Assembly: GCA_964634515.1 (NCBI GenBank)
Contig: CAZWME010000001.1
Span: 1 to 26,144 of the forward strand
Source of the DNA: an uncultured Pirellulales bacterium
Lineage (GTDB): Bacteria; Planctomycetota; Phycisphaerae; Sedimentisphaerales; Anaerobacaceae
Direction of reading: 5' to 3'
DNA length: 26,144 bases
Under the pieces are notes generated by a model, which was not told where the DNA came from, did no database searches, and saw only the letters and a list, made by a program, of their open reading frames with translations. This document shows positions 16,546-24,417 of the stretch, one piece after another. Made by a program: the position numbers and the translations under genes. How positions within the stretch are numbered: position 1 is the first letter of the stretch; the number at the start of each line of letters is the position of its first letter.

Positions 16546-17634
16546 CTACAACTGTCTTTTTACGGCCTCGGCATGGATCAGCTCGAACACGGCCTTGATG
16601 AATTCACTCTCAAGGCCGAGCTGCTTGGCTTTAGCCATGTGGTCCTTCAAAAGCTGCTCCCATCTGTTAATCTGAAGAACGGGGATATTGTGCTCCTGTT
16701 TGAGTTTACCTATTTCATCAACCCACTTCATCCTTCCCGCAAGGTCCTGTATGATTTGTGAGTCTGAATGGCTGATCTCTGTACGCAGGCGGGCTATCTT
16801 TCTTTTTACCTGTTCATCTGTTATAGCCGTATTTCGAGCCCGAAGCTTTTTGAGCAGCTTCATCAACGCGTTGGGTGTAATTTGCTGTTTTGAATCACTC
16901 AGCGCCCGGTCCGGGTCGTTGTGAGTTTCTATCATAAGACCTTTGATGCCTAAATCCAATGCAGTCTGAGAGATAGGTTCTATGAATTTGCGCCGGCCCC
17001 CTATATGGCTCGGATCACAAATAAGTGGCAGGTTCGGCAGCAGCCTTTTCAGTTCGATAGGAATCTGCCAGTTTGGATTGTTGCGGTATGCCATACGAAC
17101 GTAAGTTGAGAAACCTCTGTGTATGGCCGCAAGCTTTTTTATCCCTGCGTTATACAGCCTTTCGATGGCACCCAGCCAAAGACCTAATTCGGCATTGATA
17201 GGATTCTTCACGAGTATCGGCACATCGACTCCTTTGAGAGAGTTGGCTATCTCCTGTACAAGGAACGGATTCACCGTCGTTCTTGCTCCAATCCAGAGAA
17301 TATCAACGTCATTCTCCAGACACAGTTCAACGTGCTGTGTATTCGCCACCTCGGTTGTAGTAAGAAGGGAGGTCTCAGCCTTGACCATCTTGAGCCATTC
17401 CAGGCCGACTTCGCCGACCCCTTCAAAAGTGTTGGGCCGCGTACGTGGTTTCCAGATTCCCGCACGAAAAACCTTGACATGGGGAGATTTTACTAATTTA
17501 CGGGCTATCATCTTTACTTGCTTTTCAGACTCCGCACTGCAGGGTCCCGCAATCAACCAGGGAATCCTCTTAAATTTCAACCAGGTTGAGATATCTGATA
17601 TATTATGATTCAGCTTTTTCAGGTTCTCAGTCAT
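16546..17634 (-). CDS. Bifunctional DAHP synthase (type I-beta, N-terminal) / chorismate mutase (AroQ, C-terminal)
   Basis: 362 aa. IAGPCSAES, RAGIWKPRTRP-x-x-FEG, WIGART, VKNP, HRGF, CDPSH, MIETH and SD-x-x-QQ. The C-terminal LR-x-x-I-x-x-x-D...R...IG-x-x-K...RW pattern is AroQ-like. Confidence 0.92.
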   Translation of the reverse strand: MTENLKKLNHNISDISTWLKFKRIPWLIAGPCSAESEKQVKMIARKLVKSPHVKVFRAGIWKPRTRPNTFEGVGEVGLEWLKMVKAETSLLTTTEVANTQHVELCLENDVDILWIGARTTVNPFLVQEIANSLKGVDVPILVKNPINAELGLWLGAIERLYNAGIKKLAAIHRGFSTYVRMAYRNNPNWQIPIELKRLLPNLPLICDPSHIGGRRKFIEPISQTALDLGIKGLMIETHNDPDRALSDSKQQITPNALMKLLKKLRARNTAITDEQVKRKIARLRTEISHSDSQIIQDLAGRMKWVDEIGKLKQEHNIPVLQINRWEQLLKDHMAKAKQLGLESEFIKAVFELIHAEAVKRQL

Positions 17635-17816
17635 TGACAGTTAAAACCTCAATACTTACTTGATATTCTCGGCTTCTAAAGCTTAATACTTTAGAGGTTC
17701 CCTTTTATACATAAAGTAACAATTCAAAAGGTTCTATCCCTGAATCGCAAATTTTAACCTGCCAGGCATGAAATATCAAGAATCCCCGAAGGCATATCGG
17801 TAAAGAAGATATCCCT

Positions 17817-19889
17817 CTAACGGCGGCGGATTTTTAATATGCAGAGCTTCCGTGGCAGCAGCTCGAAAAAGACCCGCGCCCTGCCCCCTTTGACTTCAAA
17901 TTTATCTGTTACCAAAGGCTTTTGTTCTTCACCATTTTTAATTGTTAAGGTAAGAATATATTCACCGCCCTTGAGTAAGTAAAATTCCGCCGACATCGGG
18001 CGTTTTTCCCTGCCAAAGTGGAACAGCTCCGCTTCAAATTGTTCGGTTCCCGATTCTCTCACTAACGCTGCGATATTACGCGCCTCTGTCAGCCAGCGGA
18101 CAGCGTTCAGAGGAAAGTACCCGGCACCGCCCGGATCGCCGGTTACCGTTGAATAAAGAAGCGAGGGATCCGGGGTGTGAAATGTTACAGCAGGTTCGGC
18201 TAATGTATCGTTACCTGTAAAAAGTGTCGGGAACCGCAGGACTCGGTCGGTATAGCGGACTTCGCTGGTGTATCCTTCAAAATTCACCCGCAGGGCTTCA
18301 GCGTTGTTGCCGAGCGCAGAAACTAATGACCGGAACTCACCATCCATCCTAAAACGAATATACGGTAAACTCTCCCTGCCTATAAGCTCATCGAACTCGG
18401 TATTGCCTGTCAGGAACCTGTATTTGGCGATCACACTCGACAGGCCGCCAAGTCTCGATGCGCACCATGCTTCGGTGCCGGGAGACGGTTCCTTTTTCGG
18501 CGGTGAGCTTAGATACTTCAGGCGGGCATTTGCCACCGAACGGATTGGTTCGAGGTACTTGGCCTTACCTGTGATGTAATGAGTTAGTAAAAGTGTGTGG
18601 GTCATCTGGCTCATTGCGCTTGGGTAAAGATAAAGTGTATATTCGCCATGATTCCTGGGGTCCCACCAGTCAGGCGACAGGCCGCCGACCCTTCCGTCGG
18701 GCCAGTGGATTGCCGTAGGAATAATACCGGCAGGCTTTCCGCGTTCTGCTCGCGCCGCCGCATCGACCCATGTATCCATCCAGGCCGAAAAGAGCCTCGT
18801 CAAATCCGCATCAGCGGTCCGCTGCCAATAAAGCAAAGTTGGCTGAACTACCCTCGGATGATATACAGTGTCACAGGCTCGCGCTGGATTCGTGTCGATT
18901 TTGTTTGCCGTGAAATACGTGCTTTTGAACTGCAGGAAACCGCGTTCGTTTCGAGATGCCCAAAGCTCCTCCATTAGCTCAGCCATTCGAAGCGCACGCC
19001 TGCGCCAGAGGTCATTGTCCGGATCGATGTGCATCATCGGTGTTATAACATCGGCAGAGTCCTCGGCGGTATGTTCGACGTCCGACATTCTGGTTGTATA
19101 GCCGAGCTTCATGTGCTGCTGGTCCATTAGTGCCGTGGAAAACCTCGCTTGTGCACGCGAAATCTTCGGGCTGTCAAATCCAATCAATACCGGCACCCAC
19201 CAACGCCACATTTCACAGTCGTCCCCCCATCCGCCGCCGTATTCACCGTTTTCCTGCATGCGGTTGTCAATCCACCACTCAATGATATCAGCCAAACGTT
19301 CCAGACCCTCTCGCTGGTAAACGGCCCATTGAGGCGCGCCCGAGACGGCCTGATATTCCTTATATGGGCCGGTGGGCTGACCGAGATACATCCGGACAAT
19401 CTTGTTTTCGGGAAATGCCCGGGCCGCTTTCTCAAAAAATCCCCGCGCTATACCAAAAAATTCTCGCCGTCTTTGTGGAATACTCCAGACCCCGCCGGAC
19501 TCCATCGTGTACCAGATAACCATCCTGCCGCGATACAGCCAGGTCAATGGATAAAGCACAGAACTCTCGGGAATCTGGAAGTCAAAGTCCCTATTGCGGC
19601 TTACCTGCCGACCGAAATAGTCCAGTCGTTTTTCGCCTAACCAACGTTCGATCTGTGTGATGAGTTTGGTTAGGTCGTTCCTTAAAGAATTATCCAAATT
19701 CCCTCGTTCCCTGAGTTGTCTTAAATAGTCCAGACGGACCTCATCGCTAGCGGCATTACCTGCCCGTTGAATAACAGCCGCAATGGAATCGTCCCCGGCT
19801 TGAGCTTGCGTTGCACAAAGCACAACGGTCAATCCTGTCACCAACCACAAAAACACCAGTTGCCGTCTTTTACTTTGAAACCGCTCCAT
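17817..19889 (-). CDS. Secreted hypothetical protein (~690 aa), probably an alpha-helical toroid with a C-terminal beta-sandwich
   Basis: Long open ORF. The start is reassigned from 19928 to ATG 19889, which follows SD GGAGG. Signal-peptide-like N-terminus ending AQA-G. Acidic and aromatic motifs YGGGWGDDCEMWRWW and SDVEHTAEDSAD. No family recognised. Confidence 0.75.
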   Translation of the reverse strand: MERFQSKRRQLVFLWLVTGLTVVLCATQAQAGDDSIAAVIQRAGNAASDEVRLDYLRQLRERGNLDNSLRNDLTKLITQIERWLGEKRLDYFGRQVSRNRDFDFQIPESSVLYPLTWLYRGRMVIWYTMESGGVWSIPQRRREFFGIARGFFEKAARAFPENKIVRMYLGQPTGPYKEYQAVSGAPQWAVYQREGLERLADIIEWWIDNRMQENGEYGGGWGDDCEMWRWWVPVLIGFDSPKISRAQARFSTALMDQQHMKLGYTTRMSDVEHTAEDSADVITPMMHIDPDNDLWRRRALRMAELMEELWASRNERGFLQFKSTYFTANKIDTNPARACDTVYHPRVVQPTLLYWQRTADADLTRLFSAWMDTWVDAAARAERGKPAGIIPTAIHWPDGRVGGLSPDWWDPRNHGEYTLYLYPSAMSQMTHTLLLTHYITGKAKYLEPIRSVANARLKYLSSPPKKEPSPGTEAWCASRLGGLSSVIAKYRFLTGNTEFDELIGRESLPYIRFRMDGEFRSLVSALGNNAEALRVNFEGYTSEVRYTDRVLRFPTLFTGNDTLAEPAVTFHTPDPSLLYSTVTGDPGGAGYFPLNAVRWLTEARNIAALVRESGTEQFEAELFHFGREKRPMSAEFYLLKGGEYILTLTIKNGEEQKPLVTDKFEVKGGRARVFFELLPRKLCILKIRRR

Positions 19890-21300
19890 TATTCTTGACT
19901 CCTCCGAAATCTTCATTATCGTTTTCATTTGCGTATATTTTGTTGATTAGAGTAAAAGCGATGAGATTGCAGAATACGCCGATGACCAGACCGTCTATTC
20001 CCATCGGCGATTCCAATAAACCATTCCATATCAGCACGCCCGTTGCTCCGGCTATAATACCGCTGAAAAATCCCGCCTTGGTAACCCGGGCACCCAGGAA
20101 CACAGCCGCTAATGGAACGAGGATGACAGGCGCCCAGAAACGATAAGCATAAATAAGAATATCGAGAATACTGCTGATTTTGATGGCGAATATAACAGCG
20201 AGAACACCCACAAAGCAGTTTGTAAGTTTAGCTAAGAGCAGTTCCTGCCGCTCGGGCAGGGGATTTTTCCGAAGAGGTTTCACAATATCGTTGATACAGC
20301 CGGTGGCCGCTCCATTGAGAAAAGAGTCCGCTGAGGACATCACTATCGAAATCACCCCGGCTATGACAACGCCCCGCACTCCCACGGGCAGCACCGTACG
20401 AATAACATAGGGCATTGCCAGATTGGGGTCCAGTTTCGGGTCCATCGCCAGGGCGACCAGTCCGATAGCGCCCGTAATCACAAAAAACGGAATCGAGAAA
20501 ATACCGCTAAGCATAGTGCCGCGGGCTGTGTGCGCAGCATCCTTGCCGATAAGCAAACGCTGAACGTAAGGAGGCACAAGCGTCTCACCCAACAAAAAAG
20601 TAAGGAACAGTGACAGAAAGGCTCCGATTGTCATAGTATTGGACGGGACTGAAAAGTGACCTGCCGGTACAGCCTCTCTGATAGCTGAAAAACCCCCAAG
20701 CTTTACAATGCCGAATATAAGAGCTGCCGGAAGTCCAACGGCAAGGACGCAGAACTGGATGATGTCTGTCAGCACTACAGCCCGCATCCCGCCTATCGTT
20801 GAATATGCTATTACAATTCCGCAGCCAATCAGGATGCCCCAGATCTGTTCGATGCCGACAAACTCCTTGCAGATGAGTCCCATTGCCCCCACCTGTGCAC
20901 CCACAATCCCTGCGCAAAGGAAGATAGAAAAAAAACCAGTTATGATTTTTGCCGGCTTGCCGTATCCCAGCTCCATAATGTCACCCACAGAGATAACGTT
21001 GGGAAAATTGTCCATCTTTGGCGCAATAAACCTGGCAACAAGAATCTCTTTAAGACTGAATCCCCAAAGCACTACGATATTTGCAATACCAAAGCGAAAA
21101 ACCTTCTCTGCGTTACCTATAGAAAATCCACCTCCTATGAAAGATGCGGAAAGGGTCGCGAAAATCACAAACGACGTATAAGACCGGTGAGAGACCGAGA
21201 ACTCCTGAAGACTCTTCATACCCTTTCCACTCCACAATCCCACCAAAAGGATTGCGAATAAGTAGAAGATAATAATTACATAGTCCAGATAATTCAGCAT
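19870..21300 (-). CDS. Sodium:solute symporter (SSS; PutP/PanF-like) family transporter
   Basis: 476 aa with about 13 hydrophobic segments. LDYVIIIFYLFAILLVG, ATLSASFIGGG, YSTIGGMRAVVLTDIIQF, YVQRLL and SIVMSSADSFLNG. Confidence 0.93.
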   Translation of the reverse strand: MLNYLDYVIIIFYLFAILLVGLWSGKGMKSLQEFSVSHRSYTSFVIFATLSASFIGGGFSIGNAEKVFRFGIANIVVLWGFSLKEILVARFIAPKMDNFPNVISVGDIMELGYGKPAKIITGFFSIFLCAGIVGAQVGAMGLICKEFVGIEQIWGILIGCGIVIAYSTIGGMRAVVLTDIIQFCVLAVGLPAALIFGIVKLGGFSAIREAVPAGHFSVPSNTMTIGAFLSLFLTFLLGETLVPPYVQRLLIGKDAAHTARGTMLSGIFSIPFFVITGAIGLVALAMDPKLDPNLAMPYVIRTVLPVGVRGVVIAGVISIVMSSADSFLNGAATGCINDIVKPLRKNPLPERQELLLAKLTNCFVGVLAVIFAIKISSILDILIYAYRFWAPVILVPLAAVFLGARVTKAGFFSGIIAGATGVLIWNGLLESPMGIDGLVIGVFCNLIAFTLINKIYANENDNEDFGGVKNNGAVSK

Positions 21301-21537
21301 AATATTCAGGACCCCGTGCAGGTCTTTTTCATAAGCTAAAGTCGGTTGTTTAAAGCTCTCATGTTGCTCTTTCAGTGAAAAAGGTAACAGGTGGGAATTC
21401 GCCTATCGTCTTAAGGCCTACTGTATTAATCATTTGTATCTGTCCTTTTGTGATTTGAAATCAAGTTATTCATAATTTGTAAGTTTTTAGAGACCGGACC
21501 CCGTGTCTCCCGGCGCGTGTCGGGGCCGCGGATAAGA

Positions 21538-22557
21538 TTACTCGAAAATCCTGTTTAATTTTCTCCGTTGCCTGCCTTCCCAGTTTCGCCCATGATAAAC
21601 ATAGCTGATTATCAGCGGCAGGACGGAGGTGGCTTCTGCATAAACCATCTGTTCGTCAAGAGTACTAACTTTCCCCCATGAGTGGGCCTCTTTAAGTGTT
21701 GAGCTTGAGCAGGCGCCATCTCTAACATCAGCAACAGTAATCTGTACGGCGTATTTATGCATACTCGATTCTTCTCCCAGAATTTCCGCACAAACAACCG
21801 TGTCCTGAGCAAAGTTCTTCGGAACACCGCCTCCGATCATAAACAGTCCCGATACCTGAGATTTTATTTTTATTTCTGTCAGCTCTCTGAAGTCTTTAAC
21901 AGAGTCGATGGAAATATGGTTATCTTCATTTTCGACCTGATGTTTTACCAGGCCAAACCCGGCACTTGAATCCGAAAATGCCGGGCAGAATATCGGCACA
22001 TCATTTTCATAAGCGGCCTGAACCAGAGAGTCGGATTTTTTTGCATTGTTGTTAACAAGATACTTACCCATCTCACGGATAAATTCTCTTGATGAATAAG
22101 CTCCCGGAGAAAGTGAATCGGCTATTGCTTTTATAGTATTATCACAGACCTGAAGCTGTTCTTCGTCAATAAGCGTGTCATAGATCCTGTCGATATATAG
22201 TTTTCTGAGTATCTTATCGTCCGAATATGGATTTCCCTGATAGTGCTTAAAACCAAGGGCTTCAAAGAAATCCATATCAACTATTGTTGCTCCGGTTGCG
22301 ACAATAACATCAACCATATTATGCTTTACCATATCGACATAAATCTGCATACATCCTGCCGCACTGGTACTCCCGGCTATGCATAACATAATTGTGCATT
22401 CTGCGTCATTTATCATCTTGACGAGAATATCAGCCGCTCCCGCGGTATCTCTTGCCGTAAAGGACATATTTTTCATCGCTTCGATTATTTGAGTAGAATC
22501 GAAAGATTTTATATCTATATGTTTTACAGGGTCTTTAAGAAAATCGCTCTTTTCCAT
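21538..22557 (-). CDS. speY: Bacterial deoxyhypusine-synthase-like protein, probably 1,9-bis(guanidino)-5-aza-nonane synthase (SpeY type) or homospermidine-forming
   Basis: 339 aa. MSFTARD, IAGSTSAAG, VATGATIVDMDFFEALG, RIYDT, PIFCPAFSDSSAG, IGGGVPKNF and EAHSWGK (Schiff-base Lys). The start lies 2 nt after the agmatinase stop. The DHS family call is firm; the speY symbol is tentative. Confidence 0.8.
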   Translation of the reverse strand: MEKSDFLKDPVKHIDIKSFDSTQIIEAMKNMSFTARDTAGAADILVKMINDAECTIMLCIAGSTSAAGCMQIYVDMVKHNMVDVIVATGATIVDMDFFEALGFKHYQGNPYSDDKILRKLYIDRIYDTLIDEEQLQVCDNTIKAIADSLSPGAYSSREFIREMGKYLVNNNAKKSDSLVQAAYENDVPIFCPAFSDSSAGFGLVKHQVENEDNHISIDSVKDFRELTEIKIKSQVSGLFMIGGGVPKNFAQDTVVCAEILGEESSMHKYAVQITVADVRDGACSSSTLKEAHSWGKVSTLDEQMVYAEATSVLPLIISYVYHGRNWEGRQRRKLNRIFE

Positions 22558-22559
22558 TT

Positions 22560-23414
22560 TTATCCTCTGAACTTATAGCTCAGCAATTTATAGATGAGCT
22601 TTGCCGCCATAAAATCCGGGGCCGTAGTTCTGCTGTTCGGGCATAATTCCACAACGTCAAAACCGACGAGGTTTTTCTTTTCGCAAACGCTTTTCAGCAA
22701 TTCCAAAACATCATACCACAACAATCCCCCCGGTTCGGGCGTTCCCGTCGAAGGCATTATAGACGGGTCAAAAACATCCAGGTCGATTGTAATGTAAACG
22801 TTTTCAGTAAGTTTTGTGATGACCTTTTTAATCCAGTCCGTTTTGTTGTAGATGTCCTTTGCAAAAAAAACTCCGGCTTTGTCCATAGAGCCTTTTTCGG
22901 AAGAATCCATACTCCTGATGCCCACCTGTACAATGGGACAAAGCTCTTTCGTTCTGGCCATAACACAGGCATGGTTATATTTTGACCCGTTATATTCTTC
23001 TCTTAAATCCGCGTGGGCGTCCAGTTGTAAAACAGTAAGGTTCTTAAAGTGTTCTGCGTGCGCCTGGATAGAGCCGATACTGACAGAGTGTTCTCCGCCG
23101 ATAACCACAACGAATTTGTTGTTTTCGAGATAGTACCGCGCGGTTCCGTTAACAGCATCAATCATCTCGGTGGTGGTGATATCTCCGCCTGTTGTCTCTT
23201 CTGTAAATATGCCTTTCTTATAAACCTCTGAATCGGTCTCTATATCATATAACTCCATGTTTGCAGATGCTTCGATCATTGCTGCCGGCCCTTTGTCGGC
23301 GCCTTTCACCCAGGTGCTCGTTCCATCGTAGGTCACAGGAATAATAACTATTTCTGCATTTTCCGGTTCGGAATATTCCTGGGGCAGATATCCAAAGTTA
23401 ATTCTTTCTTTCAT
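22560..23414 (-). CDS. speB: Agmatinase (ureohydrolase family)
   Basis: 284 aa. YDGTSTW-x-x-GA-x-x-GP, GGEHS, DAHAD, QVGIRS, YITIDLDVFDPS, TGTPEPGG and DVVEL. All Mn ligands are present. Confidence 0.92.
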   Translation of the reverse strand: MKERINFGYLPQEYSEPENAEIVIIPVTYDGTSTWVKGADKGPAAMIEASANMELYDIETDSEVYKKGIFTEETTGGDITTTEMIDAVNGTARYYLENNKFVVVIGGEHSVSIGSIQAHAEHFKNLTVLQLDAHADLREEYNGSKYNHACVMARTKELCPIVQVGIRSMDSSEKGSMDKAGVFFAKDIYNKTDWIKKVITKLTENVYITIDLDVFDPSIMPSTGTPEPGGLLWYDVLELLKSVCEKKNLVGFDVVELCPNSRTTAPDFMAAKLIYKLLSYKFRG

Positions 23415-23442
23415 AGTAGATAAATCCCGTTAAAAAATTCCG

Positions 23443-23619
23443 GGAGCCTCTAAAAATTGCTTTTGTCACGAGAACGTGCGAAATTTTCCCCGGTTTTGGC
23501 AAAAGGTCAAAATCGCCGCAGGCATAGCTAAAACTGTGTCGAGGACGAATTTTGGCCTGACAACGCCGCCTTCAGGAGATTGCAGCCGTTCACAGTAAAA
23601 ATGAATTTGTAGAGGTTTC
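23443..23619. mobile_element. MITE-like/palindromic intergenic element (~177 bp)
   Basis: Imperfect terminal inverted repeats GGAGCCTCTAAAAATTGCTTTT (23443-23464) and revcomp of the right end GAAACCTCTACAAATTCATTTT, 17 of 22 matching. Internal hairpin arms AGGTCAAAAT (23504-13) and ATTTTGGCCT (23549-58). No transposase and no clear target-site duplication. Confidence 0.55.
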
Positions 23620-23621
23620 AT

Positions 23622-24173
23622 TTAATCAAACAAAAACATTGCCATTGCTACGGTTGTTGTCCAGAGAGATTTCTGTCCTTTTGCAGTTTGGGTTATGTTG
23701 GTAGTTCTAATAAATAGGCCGCTGGATTTATATGCCTGCTCTTTTTCCGACCAGGCCGTGTTCGGATCCAGTTCCATCCCCAACGTTGTGCCCAACATGC
23801 CGGCCGCCAGGTCTTCGGCCATGTCCTCCGCCTGTTGGCGGTTCATACCGTGACCGTGCACCTCGCTGAGATATCCCCATTTTTTGCTGTCTTTGGGAAC
23901 GGCAACCCCTATTGAGGAAGCCACCAATCGCCCATGCTCATCCGTATCGGCTCTGGCCATAACGCAGAAGCCTATTTCTCCAGGAACCAGAGAATTGATA
24001 CCCTTTTCCCGGCTGATCATTTTGCATTTCGGTGGTAATATCGATGAGACCTGAACCAGGTTCTGTTGGGCCACACCTGCCACACGCAGCGCCTCTTCGA
24101 AAGATTTAAGTCGATATTTGTGCCGCCCGACTCCTTTGGTCAAAAAGACTTTGCTTGGAAGTAGATTAATCAT
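23622..24173 (-). CDS. pdaD: Pyruvoyl-dependent arginine decarboxylase
   Basis: 183 aa. P-x-K-x-FLT-x-G-x-G, SFE-x-ALR-x-AG, NLV-x-VS43-S44-ILPP (autocleavage site), YLSE-x-H, and W-TTTVA. Lies upstream of agmatinase. Confidence 0.9.
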   Translation of the reverse strand: MINLLPSKVFLTKGVGRHKYRLKSFEEALRVAGVAQQNLVQVSSILPPKCKMISREKGINSLVPGEIGFCVMARADTDEHGRLVASSIGVAVPKDSKKWGYLSEVHGHGMNRQQAEDMAEDLAAGMLGTTLGMELDPNTAWSEKEQAYKSSGLFIRTTNITQTAKGQKSLWTTTVAMAMFLFD

Positions 24174-24417
24174 TTAACGCTCCTGGATTTATAGTTCATT
24201 TATTCAGTCAATTATTTATATCTGATATAAGATTTCAAAGAGATAAATAGAAATTATAATATTTTTTACAAAATTTACACCATAGGGAATGCAATTCTAA
24301 AAATTATTTTATCAACAAGTTATGGATAGTGAGATTAATATCGAGAAAATAGGGCCAACAAAGACCGAAATGATTTGTCAAATATACCTACTCACATGGC
24401 TGAAATCGAAACAGCTT

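Noticed and set aside
17683-17712. Possible attenuator leader peptide MYKREPLKY before the DAHP synthase gene
   Set aside because: It has only two non-adjacent Tyr codons, no SD, and no terminator/antiterminator pair.
17659-17780. 9-bp inverted repeat CTTGATATT/AATATCAAG about 100 nt apart
   Set aside because: It is short and AT-rich, with no internal structure or target-site duplication.
21386-21397. AACAGGTGGGAA resembling part of a ZTP (pfl) riboswitch
   Set aside because: It is on the wrong strand, and the core GACUGGCG and GCCUGGGC elements are absent.
21538-22557. Annotation as an eIF5A deoxyhypusine synthase
   Set aside because: The context is bacterial and the gene is linked to arginine decarboxylase and agmatinase, which points to small-molecule polyamine synthesis.
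23466-23621. 51-codon ORF (MKPLQIHFYC...) starting right after the pdaD stop
   Set aside because: It lies almost entirely within the palindromic MITE-like element. Such repeats often give open frames, and there is no recognisable domain.
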